A stretch of 64,000 nucleotides of DNA from an uncultured Acidobacteriota bacterium (GCA_963827655.1 CAWHCF010000049.1:365824-429823), one strand, 5' to 3'; positions 1 through 10,498 are shown, numbered from the stretch's first letter. Notes: generated by a model not told the origin, from the letters alone. Made by a program: numbers and translations.

Positions 1-80
1 AAGTAGTGAGAATCGACCTGGATGTCGGCGGTACAGGGAAGCCTAGAAAAAGAAAGTGCGATAGGCACCGCAAATAGGGG
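1..80 (+). other. Partial paralogous copy of a protease-gene segment (nt 5-48 are ~90% identical to nt 443-487 inside the S8 peptidase gene); short frame ends at TAG ~77-79
   Basis: Direct comparison: gtgagaatcgacctggatgtcggcggtacagggaagcctag vs gtgaaaatcgacctggatgttggcggtaccgggagcctag. Translates VVRIDLDVGGTG... like aa ~105-117 of the downstream protease, then diverges. Window edge prevents further interpretation. Confidence 0.3.
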
Positions 81-115
81 TCAATGGAGCTGAACGTCGT
101 GCTGCGAGGTGGGTC

Positions 116-1747
116 ATGAAAAATTTACTATGGCTTGGGATTCTCCTGGGGTTTGTCGGTGTTCGATTAGCTTCCGCACAGGAGAAAGTCGGTCAAGGCG
201 TTATCGAGATTCTACAAAGAGAGGGTGGGGCGAACGTAGTCATCGCACTCGTGGAGCCTCCATCCATGCGGGCATCGCAGATTGATCTGCCCATCTTGAG
301 GAGCGAGATTGCCAGTCTACAAGCTCAGGTGTTATCCACCTTATATGCTTCGGATTACCGTGAGAGACATAGATTCCGAGCTGTGCCCGCCTTGGCGGGC
401 CGGGTAAGCAGGGCTGGACTTGCAGAACTTGTAGCAAATCCCAACGTGGTGAAAATCGACCTGGATGTTGGCGGTACCGGGAGCCTAGCAAACAGTGTCC
501 CGCTCATTCGTGCTGATGATTGGCACGCACTCGGAATCACGGGTAGGGGGGTGGTAGTGGCCGTACTTGATACGGGGATTGATACGGATCATGTCGACCT
601 AGCCGATGATCTTGTTCACCAAGAATGTTTTCTTGATTTCGACGGAGCAATTAACGGGGTAGGGCGCTGTCCCAACGGTAGTGATAGACAATCGGGAGAC
701 GGCGCGGCAGAAAGCGGACTAAACCACGGGGTGATGACGACAGGGATAATCACTTCACGAGGGACCGTGAGTTCAGTTGGCGTTGCACCGGATGCTAAAA
801 TCGTGTCGATTAAGGTCCTCGATAACACCCAACCTGCTGGCATATTCGCATTTTTCTCAGAGTTAGTAGCCGCGTTGGATTTCATTATCAACAATCGCCC
901 CGATGTGAAAGTCATCAATATGAGCCTTGGGACGTTTGCTTTGTTCGCGGGTAACTGTGATAGCGCGACAGCCTTCAACATGGCCGGCGCAGCTGCCATC
1001 AATACGTTACGGAAAAATGGGGTAATCGCCTTTGCGGCTTCAGGTAATAATGGATCAGGAACTCAGATGACGTCTCCTGCCTGTATCAGTAACGTGGTAT
1101 CGGTGGGAGCTACGAATAATGTCGATAATGTAGCAGCTTTCACAAACAGTAATGCTTTTCTCGATCTTATGGCGCCCGGGGTTTATATCACATCTACGGC
1201 GTTGGCTAATGGAATCGCAACCGGGTCCGGAACGAGCTTCGCAAGTCCTCACGCGGCGGGTTGTGCCGCTCTGTTCGTTGATGCGGGGATAGCTGTAAGT
1301 CCTGCCCAGATTGAGGCGCGCCTAAAAGCATCGACGGTACGGATTACTGATCCGAAAAATGGTCTTGCATTTCCAAGGCTCGACTGCTTTGTTGGTGTGG
1401 AGATTGTTAACGACTTGGTCTCAGTGGCTCCATTAGTCACTTCCTCAAGTACTACTCCGGTTCCGAATGGTCCTGCTGGAATATTCGGTATTATAACAAC
1501 CTTTACCAACACCAGTTCCACTTCTATACTGAATCCATTCTTTGGAGTTGTAGAACTCTCCGGTGGAAACTTGTTGCTCAATGCCGATAGTGGTCCAGGT
1601 GGAGTTGGAGCCACTTTGACTCCTAATGTAGGCGCTGATCGGATTTTATCACCGGGAGAATCTTTTAATGTGATTTTTATAGTTGGTCTTCAATCCAGTC
1701 AGCGTTTCACATTCTTTGTCAATCTGTCAGGAGTGCCAGATCCATAA
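116..1747 (+). CDS. Secreted subtilisin-like serine peptidase (S8 family)
   Basis: 543-aa intact ORF with N-terminal signal peptide (MKNLLWLGILLGFVGVRLASA). S8 catalytic triad motifs are present: VAVLDTGID (Asp), HGVMTTGII (His), GTSFASPHAAGCAALF (Ser). SD-like gaggtggg lies 8 nt upstream of the ATG. Confidence 0.9.
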   Translation: MKNLLWLGILLGFVGVRLASAQEKVGQGVIEILQREGGANVVIALVEPPSMRASQIDLPILRSEIASLQAQVLSTLYASDYRERHRFRAVPALAGRVSRAGLAELVANPNVVKIDLDVGGTGSLANSVPLIRADDWHALGITGRGVVVAVLDTGIDTDHVDLADDLVHQECFLDFDGAINGVGRCPNGSDRQSGDGAAESGLNHGVMTTGIITSRGTVSSVGVAPDAKIVSIKVLDNTQPAGIFAFFSELVAALDFIINNRPDVKVINMSLGTFALFAGNCDSATAFNMAGAAAINTLRKNGVIAFAASGNNGSGTQMTSPACISNVVSVGATNNVDNVAAFTNSNAFLDLMAPGVYITSTALANGIATGSGTSFASPHAAGCAALFVDAGIAVSPAQIEARLKASTVRITDPKNGLAFPRLDCFVGVEIVNDLVSVAPLVTSSSTTPVPNGPAGIFGIITTFTNTSSTSILNPFFGVVELSGGNLLLNADSGPGGVGATLTPNVGADRILSPGESFNVIFIVGLQSSQRFTFFVNLSGVPDP

Positions 1748-1968
1748 CAGCCCGTGAAAGTTAATGAACTGGTAGGCCAACTCGACCGCGAGAGACTAGC
1801 AAAAGTAGAGAGGATCGCTCCCTGCCGCCGTAAACGTGCCGTTGTTATCGCTATCAGTCTCATTTCGACGCTCCTGGCGTAGTCATTCCCACGAGAAAAG
1901 AAATTCTCATTTTCCCTCACACAGCGGTCTGAGCTACGCTAGAGTCTTACAACCAATGGAGTCGGTCA

Positions 1969-2946
1969 ATGGCTCGCGATCCCTTCGTTTTTGTTGGCAC
2001 GCTAGGCCAGGGAATCTTTCGCTCCGATGACGGCGGGCTTTCGTTCGTTCGCAAGAGTGTCGGGATGAACTTCGAATGCGACGTGCGGGCTCTGGCGGTG
2101 CATCCCCAGAATCCGCGGCTGCTATATGCCGGAACCAACGAAGGGCTGTACCGCAGTGACGATGCCGGCGAGCATTGGGCCCGTCTCGATTCGCCCATGA
2201 ATCACCTGGTCACGTGGTGTGTGCTGGTCGATCCGCGGCAGCCGGAGGTATTGTTTGCCGGAACACGACCGGCGCGTATCTTCCGCTCGACAGACGCCGG
2301 TCGCAACTGGGTGCAGCTCGATGTCGCGATCGCCCAGCATTGCGACAACCTGGTCTACAATCGGGTGACCACACTGTTGCCCGATCCAAACGTCTTCGAA
2401 GGGTTGTGGGCCGGGATCGAGATTGATGGTATTTGGGGGAGCTCTGATCTCGGTGAAAGCTGGTCACGGCATAGTGCAGGGTTGTCTTCGCTCGATATCC
2501 ATTCGATGGTAATCGTTCCGCGCGACGGGGCTTCACGACGCATCTTCGCATCGACGAACAACGACCTGAACCTGAGTACCGATGAAGGCCGGATGTGGCG
2601 GCCGCAGAGTCTCCAGGCGAAGTTCGAACTGCCCTACTTTCGCGGAACCGCGCAGAAGTCCAATGACGCAAACGTCCTGCTTCTGGGCAACGGAGACGCG
2701 CCGCCAGGTCGCGTCGGGGCCCTGTGGCGATCCGGCGACGGCGGCATCACGTGGGACCAGGCACAGTTGCCGTGCGTGCCAAACAGCACGATCTGGGGGT
2801 TCGCGGTTCATCCCGCCGATCCTGACCGGATTTACACATACAGCGTCAGCGGCGAGCTGTACGGGTCGGTAGACGGCGGGATCGAATGGGAGAAGCTCCC
2901 GCGTGAGTTTGGCGAAATCCGGGCCGTCTTGTGGACTCCCGCTTGA
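1969..2946 (+). CDS. BNR/Asp-box repeat beta-propeller protein (Ycf48-like / sialidase-like fold)
   Basis: Six S-x-D-x-G-x-x-W Asp-box repeats: YRSDDAGEHW, FRSTDAGRNW, WGSSDLGESW, LSTDEGRMW, WRSGDGGITW, YGSVDGGIEW. 325-aa ORF. Confidence 0.75.
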   Translation: MARDPFVFVGTLGQGIFRSDDGGLSFVRKSVGMNFECDVRALAVHPQNPRLLYAGTNEGLYRSDDAGEHWARLDSPMNHLVTWCVLVDPRQPEVLFAGTRPARIFRSTDAGRNWVQLDVAIAQHCDNLVYNRVTTLLPDPNVFEGLWAGIEIDGIWGSSDLGESWSRHSAGLSSLDIHSMVIVPRDGASRRIFASTNNDLNLSTDEGRMWRPQSLQAKFELPYFRGTAQKSNDANVLLLGNGDAPPGRVGALWRSGDGGITWDQAQLPCVPNSTIWGFAVHPADPDRIYTYSVSGELYGSVDGGIEWEKLPREFGEIRAVLWTPA

Positions 2947-2955
2947 CCGTTTTGA

Positions 2956-3366
2956 GAACGAGCGAATGAAAGTGAAACCGAAAAACTCGGTTCCGTCCGA
3001 AAAGCGCTGGAGCAGGCCGACGGAAGCTACGACTGGAGCGCGCAGGTAGAAGTGCAGCGGCTGGCCGCTTCTGCCTGGGTGGCGCACGCGGAAGGAAACA
3101 ACGAGGAGGCAGTCCGGCTGATGCGCTCGGCTGCTGAGCTGGAAGACACGACCGGGAAACATCCAGTCACGCCGGGAGCGGTCCTTCCCGCACGGGAGCT
3201 GTTGGGAGATCTCTTCCTCGAGCTCGACCAGCCGACGCGGGCATTGCCTGAATTTGAAACTGCGCTCCGCAATTTGCCGAAGCGGTTCAATGCGACCTAC
3301 GGCGCTGCGCGCGCAGCCGAGCTGTCAGGCGACCGAAAAAGGCGAAAGAGCGTTACACGGAACTGA
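2956..3366 (+). pseudogene. C-terminal TPR-like gene fragment with no start codon (remnant)
   Basis: The frame is open from a TGA at 2953 with no ATG/GTG/TTG until 3052. The translation (…RKALEQADGSYDWSAQVEVQRLAASAWVAHAEGNNEEAVRLMRSAAELED…AAELSGD) resembles the C-terminal helices of a TPR protein. Begins immediately after the BNR gene stop. Confidence 0.4.
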
Positions 3367-3753
3367 TCGAACTTTGCGCCGATGCCGATTCTGCCAGGCT
3401 GGAACTGCAAAATGCGAGGGCATTCCTGCAGCGCTAAGGTCCCAGCCTCGCTGGTGAGGGCGCAGTCCGTTCTACCAGCTTCTAAGATATACAAGGTCCG
3501 CCGGCCGAGGGGGCCGGAGTTGTCTGACAATGATCGTAAAAGTGGTTGATCTAGCGGCTGGGCGCTCAAGGCAGGTACTGATCCCGACATCGCGGGTCGT
3601 GACATCGTCAACAGGGCTGATTTCCTGGACCGCCGTCGAAATCAACCATCGATCAGCTACGTCGCAACTTTACCCTGCGACACTCCAGTGGAGCGATGGT
3701 TTACGATGTGGCTACCGCCTGACGCCTACACCATGCTGCCCGGAACGTGGTTT

Positions 3754-4152
3754 CTAAATAGCGATCTTGAGCGCTATTTCACTGTAGAGCGTTTCTGGAA
3801 CCTTGACGCGACGCTTTCCAGCGCTTCGGCCTGCGGTCAACTTGACGACACCGTACCCCTCGAGGAGATGTAGATCCTCCTGAACGTTCTTTAGGTTCCG
3901 GTTCAGCTTCTTTGCGAGCTGGTAGATCGAGCTCGGGCGCTCGGTTCGGATCGCTCGGAGGAGGGCCAGGCGATTTGGCGTGAGGAGGTTGCGGGCTGCT
4001 TCGATGCTGGCGAAGTAAACGCCTTCTCGACGTCGAACTCGGCGGCCCGCATCCAGCGCTTTATACGCCTCTCGGAATTCTTTCATCGCCTTTTCCACAG
4101 GTTTGATCCTTATCGTTAAGGTCTTGGCCATTTTCTCTCGCCTACGATCCAT
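3754..4152 (-). CDS. Putative DNA-binding protein (HVO_A0114 / COG4190-like wHTH), antitoxin-like partner
   Basis: 132-aa ORF: KTLTIRIKPVEKAMKEFREAYKALDAG…LTPNRLALLRAIRTERPSSIYQLAKKLNRNLKNVQEDLHLLEGYGVV. This is the winged-HTH-like pattern typical of the small regulators that pair with DUF6516-like genes. Confidence 0.5.
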   Translation of the reverse strand: MDRRREKMAKTLTIRIKPVEKAMKEFREAYKALDAGRRVRRREGVYFASIEAARNLLTPNRLALLRAIRTERPSSIYQLAKKLNRNLKNVQEDLHLLEGYGVVKLTAGRSAGKRRVKVPETLYSEIALKIAI

Positions 4153-4436
4153 CTTACATCCGACGCAAAGTCCGCAAGGAGTCTGTCGACATCCACGAAC
4201 ACATAAGGCTCTTCGATCCCTTCGATGTGGCGATGGTGCCCTTTGGGCCGATGGTTGTCGTACAGTATCGCAGGGACAGTCTCGCCGCGCCGGATGAACG
4301 CCAACCGGTACCGCACCCCCGACGTGTTCTGGGACGTTGCGGGAACCTTCCAGAGCACCAGTTCCACGATGTTGCCCGCCTCATCTATGACCTTCTCGCG
4401 AAAGATCAGTGATGCACGCGCCATCGCAGCTTCCAA
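4116..4436 (-). CDS. Small toxin-like protein (DUF6516-like), upstream member of a two-gene module
   Basis: 106-aa ORF containing the His-rich motif AILYDNHRPKGHHRHIEG. Overlaps the downstream gene by ~37 nt in operon-like fashion. The family name is recalled from memory, not searched. Confidence 0.5.
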   Translation of the reverse strand: MEAAMARASLIFREKVIDEAGNIVELVLWKVPATSQNTSGVRYRLAFIRRGETVPAILYDNHRPKGHHRHIEGIEEPYVFVDVDRLLADFASDVRWIVGERKWPRP

Positions 4437-5052
4437 TATATGGCATTACGTGCCATGTATCAAGCCAAACATATCAACCCGGCGAGGCCTGGAAAGAGAG
4501 GGGCGTTCCGGGATGGACTCGGCCAGGTATTCATCCGTCGCGAATGCGGAAATCCTGCGCAGAACAGCGTACATGCTCGATACGCGGTTAAGAAAGGCGG
4601 AGGAAGATCAGAGATGGAAACTTTCTCCCGGTTAGACCAATTACCGCTGGGAAATCTAGGTCCTGCGTAAGGTGGTTCGAATTCTCAGCGATGGCTCCCA
4701 ACAATACTCTGGTCGGCAGCAGAGGCGTCAACCAGGAACGAGCACGACGTTGTAACCGAGAGAGCGCAGAAGCGCACACTTCGTCGCGATGAGACATGTC
4801 CGAAAGAAAGGTCAAAGTCATGAACCACCCGAAAACCTCAAACAAGCACTGTTGCTGACTCAGTGGGCTCCAACCGAGAAAAATGCGTGAGGCTTCGGCC
4901 GAGAAACTTGGATCTTCGTTCTGCGCATGCTCTGTGGTCGATTACCCGAACGAATGAAAACAGCCCGCCCTAGTCTGTCTGACCACTGCGAGCATGCTCG
5001 ATTCCTGGCAGGCTGTTGGCCTGAGATTTCTTCAAATACAAAGACCCTTCGG

Positions 5053-5665
5053 TTACTTGCGCATGGGACGCAGCTTGATATTGCGGAACTCGATCCGGTT
5101 GTCCTTCTGGCACTGGAAGCCAACCACACCGGAAGAGTGTTTGGACTCCCGCGCGTCGAGCAAAGTCTTGCCGTTAAGCACAACCACGAAGCGGTCGCCC
5201 TCGGCCGTGATCTCGTAGCTGTTCCACTGGTCCGGGAGGATCTTGGTAGCGGCTGCCTTGAGCGATCCTACCAGGCTGCCGGTGTTGAATCCCGCCGGCT
5301 GATAATCCCAGATCTGGAGTTCGTAGCCTGTGATGTGCGGCTGCCCTTCCTTCTGCGAGCGCAGGAAAATGCCGCTGTTCACCTTCTCCGGGCCGCGGAA
5401 CTCCAGCTTCAGAAGCGAAATCGGAGAACGATGCCGAAGTGCCAATCCAGCTCGGCATCGTCCCCGCGCAGACCATCGCTCCATTCTCCGCCTTCCAGTC
5501 TCCCGTCCCGTGCGTCTCCCATCCGTCGAGACTCTTGCCGTCGTATAAAAGCACCCAGCCTTCCGCCGCCTCTTTCTGAGTGAGCGTATTGGGCCGGTCC
5601 TGACCGCGGACCGCACTCGCCGCCAGCGCCACGAGACCGATCCCGATAACCAATTGGCGAACCAT
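5053..5665 (-). pseudogene. DUF1080 (3-keto-disaccharide hydrolase-like, LamG fold) secreted protein, interrupted by one frameshift near ~5415
   Basis: ORF 5174-5665 gives signal peptide + EGWVLLYDGKSLDGWETHGTGDWKAENGAMVCAG…SWIGT. ORF 5053-5616 in another frame gives the family C-terminus LLKLEFRGPEKV…GVVGFQCQKDNRIEFRNIKLRPM. The two frames abut at gatttcgcttctgaagctgga. Confidence 0.7.
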
Positions 5666-5743
5666 GAAAAAATACCTCCGTGTCTCCGGCTGATTATCCA
5701 GTTTCAGAACCGCCCATGACGGAGCGGCCGGTGGCCGTTCTCC

Positions 5744-6706
5744 TCACCACGGCATCGACCTCTTACTGAATTTCCGGCCTTTCTCGGCAGCCGCCTGACC
5801 GCCGGCGCAGATCATGACGCCCTCCTTGATCATGTCTTCGACGTTATTCTCACCGCAGGCGTTCAGGAAGAAGATCTTCGCCTCCTTGGTGGCCTTGAGG
5901 ACACGGGAGCGCGCCTGAAGCATCACCGGCGGAAACTGCCGTTCGCCTCCGCCCGGCCCCTCGCTCTGGGTCAGGCCGACCAGTGACCATCCCATGTCTC
6001 CGGGTCCCCACTCGGCAAACCCGACGCCCGGCACCTTGGACACCTTCTCGGCATTGGCCAGGGCATGCTTGTCTTCGATCTTCAGTCCCAGCAGGATCTC
6101 GCCATTCTTGTTAAGCGGCCAGGGATCGGCCTTTTTCAAGTACTCGGTGGCAGGGATGCCCCAGATCTGCGCCGCAAAACCCTGGCTGCCGCTGCCACGG
6201 AATCCTTCGCCAATTCCGACAACTTTTTCGGCAAACGGATACCGGCTGGCCTCGACCATGATCCGGATCGCCTCCGGGGAGCGCGCGTGACACAAAAGAA
6301 TCCCGTGGACCCCGCAGGCCAGCACCTGCTGCACGACCCAGTAATTCGCCCGCATGCTGATCTCGTCCAGACCCAGGACTGGAAGGGTGGCGATGACGGC
6401 CGGTGTCCGATGGCCGCTCTTGGTCGGGCCGCCTTCCACCAGACCGCGCATGAACTCGCGCAGAGCCGTCATGTCAAACGCGCCGTGCTCCATCTCGTAG
6501 TTGATGTAGTCGGCGTAGGTCTGGGCCAGTTTCTTCCCCTCCTCAAAGCCGCCGCGCCCGCCCGTGTAGTAAATCGGCTGGCCCTGCTCGAGCAGTTCAA
6601 TAGCCTTGTTGATTCGTTTAGGCTTTCCAGTCGCCGGGTTTTGCGCCGCCAGTGGCGCGGCAGCCAGCACGATGGCAATTAGCGTGAATACAAAAGATCT
6701 CTTCAT
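5744..6706 (-). CDS. HpcH/HpaI-family aldolase (2-keto-3-deoxy-sugar-acid aldolase/citrate-lyase-beta-like TIM barrel) with predicted signal peptide
   Basis: Start at MKRSFVFTLIAIVLAAAPLAAQ (internal M of the 333-aa ORF). Body shows HpcH/HpaI-like conservation (…LPVLGLDEISMRANYWVVQQVLACGVHGILLCHARSPEA…GLKIEDKHALANAEKV…). Confidence 0.7.
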   Translation of the reverse strand: MKRSFVFTLIAIVLAAAPLAAQNPATGKPKRINKAIELLEQGQPIYYTGGRGGFEEGKKLAQTYADYINYEMEHGAFDMTALREFMRGLVEGGPTKSGHRTPAVIATLPVLGLDEISMRANYWVVQQVLACGVHGILLCHARSPEAIRIMVEASRYPFAEKVVGIGEGFRGSGSQGFAAQIWGIPATEYLKKADPWPLNKNGEILLGLKIEDKHALANAEKVSKVPGVGFAEWGPGDMGWSLVGLTQSEGPGGGERQFPPVMLQARSRVLKATKEAKIFFLNACGENNVEDMIKEGVMICAGGQAAAEKGRKFSKRSMPW

Positions 6707-7277
6707 GTTCTCTTTCCTCCTGATGGGGGCTCGACCGGTGGCCAAACGCCAAGGCAGGTGAGCTTCGTCGCGTACTTGTACCGCTGTTTCTATCCCCGAC
6801 GCCGTGGGAGGCGCAAGCGAATTTTGGCAGGCGGGTCGGTAAGGCTGATCTCAGGCCATGCTCGAGCAGGAATGAATGCGCGGACAGCGCTCTATAACAC
6901 CGGTGCGGAATTCTCCCTTGCGGACGGAGATGGCAAAAGAATTTTCGGTGGCATGGACGTTTTTGAACTCAGATTCCGCCTTTATGGCTAAGGGCAGCAA
7001 TCAACTGGTCCCTGAGAGTGGTGAAGCCGTTCGGCAAGGACCGGCGCTACCCGAGTTCAACCCGCAGGCGAGCCATCAAACACCGGATATTGTGCGCAGC
7101 GTGACTGAGGCCGCGGCGACCGTGCTCCGGCTAACAGCGCCGGACCCGCAATGAGGCCGATTACTCTGACTCGGCCGCCTGCAAAGCTATCCAGGAGGGC
7201 GGTCCACGCCACTTCTACTCACAGCTCACCAAAAACAAACCTCAGGCCCTCGCCTGAGAGACGAAAGGAACACCACA

Positions 7278-7850
7278 ATGAAACGGACTATCAAAATCAC
7301 CCTGCTTGCTGTAGCCCTGGCTATTCTCGCCAGCCTGCCCGGTATAGTGCCCGGCTTCAGACCTCTGGTTGAACTGCCAGGTATCGTGAAGGCCGCCAAT
7401 AAACATAACCTCACCTTCGATGTAGCGTGCGACTGCCGCATGGCCTCACCGGCATTCATCAGTGGGAACCGGGGCGATGCTTGGATTGTTAGCGGCAAGA
7501 TCTTTCCTGCCGGGACGCTTCCAGCCGGAACCGCCACCAACGATCCGACTCTGCCCGTCCGCGGAGTCGCCCCGATCGGCGATTGGACCTGTCGCGGCCA
7601 AAGCGCTTTCCCATTTCCGCCTGCCGTCGCCGCGGCTTACAGCGCTACACCCTTCGCCTTCAACACCCAGTACTTCATCCTGAACGACGGCCGGGCGTTG
7701 ACCGTGGAAGGCTATGCCATTCCAACCGGAGAGCGATTGTCGCTGACAGGGGGCATCGGCGGCTTCAGTGGCGCCGGCGGTGACGTCGAAGAAGGGCCAT
7801 TCGGCACTAATGCCACCGGATGTCCGAACTTCCATCCGTCTGCGCAGTAA
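7278..7850 (+). CDS. Secreted hypothetical protein
   Basis: 190-aa ORF with clear signal peptide (MKRTIKITLLAVALAILASLPG) and an SD-like aaaggaac upstream. No recognisable domain. Confidence 0.5.
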   Translation: MKRTIKITLLAVALAILASLPGIVPGFRPLVELPGIVKAANKHNLTFDVACDCRMASPAFISGNRGDAWIVSGKIFPAGTLPAGTATNDPTLPVRGVAPIGDWTCRGQSAFPFPPAVAAAYSATPFAFNTQYFILNDGRALTVEGYAIPTGERLSLTGGIGGFSGAGGDVEEGPFGTNATGCPNFHPSAQ

Positions 7851-10498
7851 AGAAACGCGGCCAAAGCTGACTGGGTCACCCACGACAGCGGTCCAGTTAC
7901 GCGGCGATCTGTAGCCTTCCCAGCGCTTCTTCATCTCCGCCATGAACTGAAGGAAGGCAGGGTCTTTGCGGATCGGGTCCAGGAACGAGTCGCGCGCAAA
8001 GAGTGGATAGCAGGGGAAGCCTTCATTAACCGTTATGCGCAGCCACTTCACGGCTTCTTCACTCTTGCCTCCCAGCGCGTAGATGCGGGCGAGTTCGTAC
8101 GTGGAATGATGATACCCGCGGGATTGTTCGGACCTTTTCTAAAACTGAAAGGGCCACCGCTTCAGCCTCCTGGTGTTTCCCCTGCAAAGCCAGCAACAAT
8201 GCCCGGTATACGCGGGTCCACGGGCGGTTGGGATCTTGATACTCCTGCTCGACCCGCGGTTCGGCTTCCTTCAACATTCTCTTTTCGACGTAATATCTGA
8301 GATCGGGTCCCCGATTGAAAAATCTTTTGTTCGCCTCTAAACCCTCATCGGGTCTGGCCGATTGAAGATAGTGGACGACATAGTATTCTTTGGTCCGATC
8401 GTTATTAGGGTCTATCTTCAGGGCTAACTCAAACTCTTCGACCGCCTGCTTTTCCAGGCCGATGTGGTGGTAGAGGTCCGCTAGTTCGGAATGGCCCGCG
8501 TTAGGATCATGCTCTTGTGCCAGACGCAACTCGCGAATTGCAGTTTCAACCTGCCACCCTTCGTACTGGCTGAAGGAAATGAAATAACGCGCCGCGTGAA
8601 CTTCAGCCAGTTGCGGATCGAGTCTTTCCGCGATGCCAAGTTCCTGTTTCGCCTGTTCAATCAGAGTAGGATTGTTTTCCTGAAACACGGCTATCCGAGC
8701 ATAGGCATACCCAAGTTGAGCGTGAGCCAGGGCATATTTCGGATCAAGATCAATCGCTTTCTTAAAGAGATCGATCGCCAGTTCGGACTCTGATCACTAT
8801 TGAGACTGGGACCAATACCACCAGAGTGATAGATGGCCTTCGCGTAGTAGCTATAGGCTTCGAGGTTCGAGGTATAGCGGTTGGTGAGCCGTGCGTGCTG
8901 CGCCGGGCTGAGCTTGAGTGCTCAGACGCTGCGCCACCTGCTGCGAAACCTTGTCTCTGAATTGCGAACATGTCGGTCAAGCGCTCATCAAACTGCTCGG
9001 CCCACAACGAGGCGCTATCCTCGACTCTGATCAGATTCACGGTCACTCGCAACTGGTCGCCCACTTGCAGGAACGTGCTGTCGAGCACGGCATCCACCTT
9101 CAGCTCGCGGCCGCTGCGAGCGCGTCCATTTCCGGGTTAACATATTTGCGCACCGCGCTGGGCGGGCGCACCGTCAGTTCGCCGCTCTGGCTGACCTTCG
9201 TGATGATCTCGGTCGCGATGCCCAGTCCGAGGTAGTCCTCCGTCGGCTCACCGGATTGAGCGATTTGAACGGCAGCACTGCGAGTGATCTGATTTCAGGC
9301 TGTGACCCTGCCGGCGGGCTTCGCCAGAGCAACCAGGAGCCGAGTCCTGCCATCACGACCACGATCACCGCAGCCCAGGCCAGCCTGACGCGAGAGCTGA
9401 GCCAACCGCCCCACCTGAGGCCGGGCGCGCTGACTGTGCTGGTCACGGTTAACTCTTTCGCCCTTTCTTCCAGCTCCTGGTACAGGGCCTTCAGATCCCG
9501 GAGCACGTCCTTGATGGTTTGATAGCGCTCCTCACGGTCTTTGCGCAGCGCTTTCGTCACGATCCGCTCCAGCTCGACCGGAACCTCAGGTAAGAACTGG
9601 GTGAGTGGAAGCGGCTCCTTGGCCAGGAGCGCCGCAATCACGTCGCTCGAGGTCTTGCCTTCGAATGGGGCGCGCCCCGCGATCATCTCGTAGAGGACAA
9701 CGCCCAGGCTGAAGATGTCACTGCGCGCATCCACCTTCTGCCCCCGTGCCTGTTCCGGTGACATATAGTGCACGGTGCCCATCACCACGCCGGCCTCCGT
9801 GCTGACTTCGGCCAGCCGTCAATGCCGCAGTGTCTATGGCCTGCACGCGTGGCTCGGTCAACTTGGCCAGGCCAAAGTCCAAGACTTTGACGTACCCATC
9901 GCGCCGGAGCATGACGTTCTCGGGCTTGACGTCGCGATGCACAATCCCGGCCTCGTGCGCCGCGGCTAAAGCACTCGCAACTTGCACGGCCACGTCGAGG
10001 GCTTCTCTGATCTCGAGCCTCGCGCTCTTCATCCGCTGGCGCAGCGTCTGGCCGTCGATGAACTCGGTGACGAGGTAATGTCTCCCGTCAACTTGCCCGA
10101 TCTCGTGAATGGTGAGGATATTCGGATGGTTGAGCGCCGAGGCCGCCCGCGCCTCTTGCTCGAAGCGGCGCACTCGCTCGGCCTCTTGGGTGAAGCGGGC
10201 CGGCAGCAGCTTGAGCGCGACTTTACGTCTCAGCCTCTGATCCTCGGCCAGGTAGACTTCCCCCATCCCGCCCGCGCCGAGCAGCGAGAGAATCTGGTAG
10301 TGGCCAATCCGTTGCCCAATCAAGGCCGGCACTGAAGCCTGCAGCCTGCGCGCGCGACGCGATCAGCGACTCGACTTCCCGCCGCAGGGCCTCATCGCCG
10401 GCGCACGCTTGAGCAAGGAAAGCCGCCCGCTGACCAGGTTCCAGCTCCAAAGCCGCGTGAAAGATCTGGCCGATTTGCTGATGCCGCTCAGGCGTCAT
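7851..10498 (-). pseudogene. Ser/Thr protein kinase with acidobacterial-type N-terminal domain, TM segment, periplasmic domain and C-terminal TPR repeats, broken by ~5 frameshifts
   Basis: Consecutive minus-strand ORFs carry successive parts of one protein. 10223-10498: N-domain MTPERHQQIGQIFHAALELEPGQRAAF…. 9718-10332: kinase N-lobe GxGxxG…[11 protein letters not shown]…DFGLAK. 9174-9788: [10 protein letters not shown]… plus TM. 8762-9097: VGDQLRVTVNLIRVEDSASLWAEQFDE. 8059-8688: TPRs. 7446-8051: the first ~50 codons are the TPR-protein C-terminus (…FMAEMKKRWEGY). Frame junctions are near 10230-10330, 9775-9790, 9100-9170, 8690-8760 and 8110-8125. Confidence 0.75.

Noticed and set aside
4670-4700. 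tRNA-like T-loop motif GGTTCGAATTC
   Set aside because: No complementary T-stem, acceptor stem or CCA-compatible 3' end. Surrounding sequence cannot fold into a cloverleaf.
4927-5583. 218-aa plus-strand ORF
   Set aside because: Antisense of the DUF1080 gene, whose two minus-strand frames carry the family's conserved N- and C-terminal motifs.
7446-8051. 201-aa minus-strand ORF
   Set aside because: Only its first ~50 codons (…DPIRKDPAFLQFMAEMKKRWEGY) are real, as the C-terminus of the kinase-TPR pseudogene. The remainder is antisense read-through of the plausible secreted-protein gene 7278-7850.
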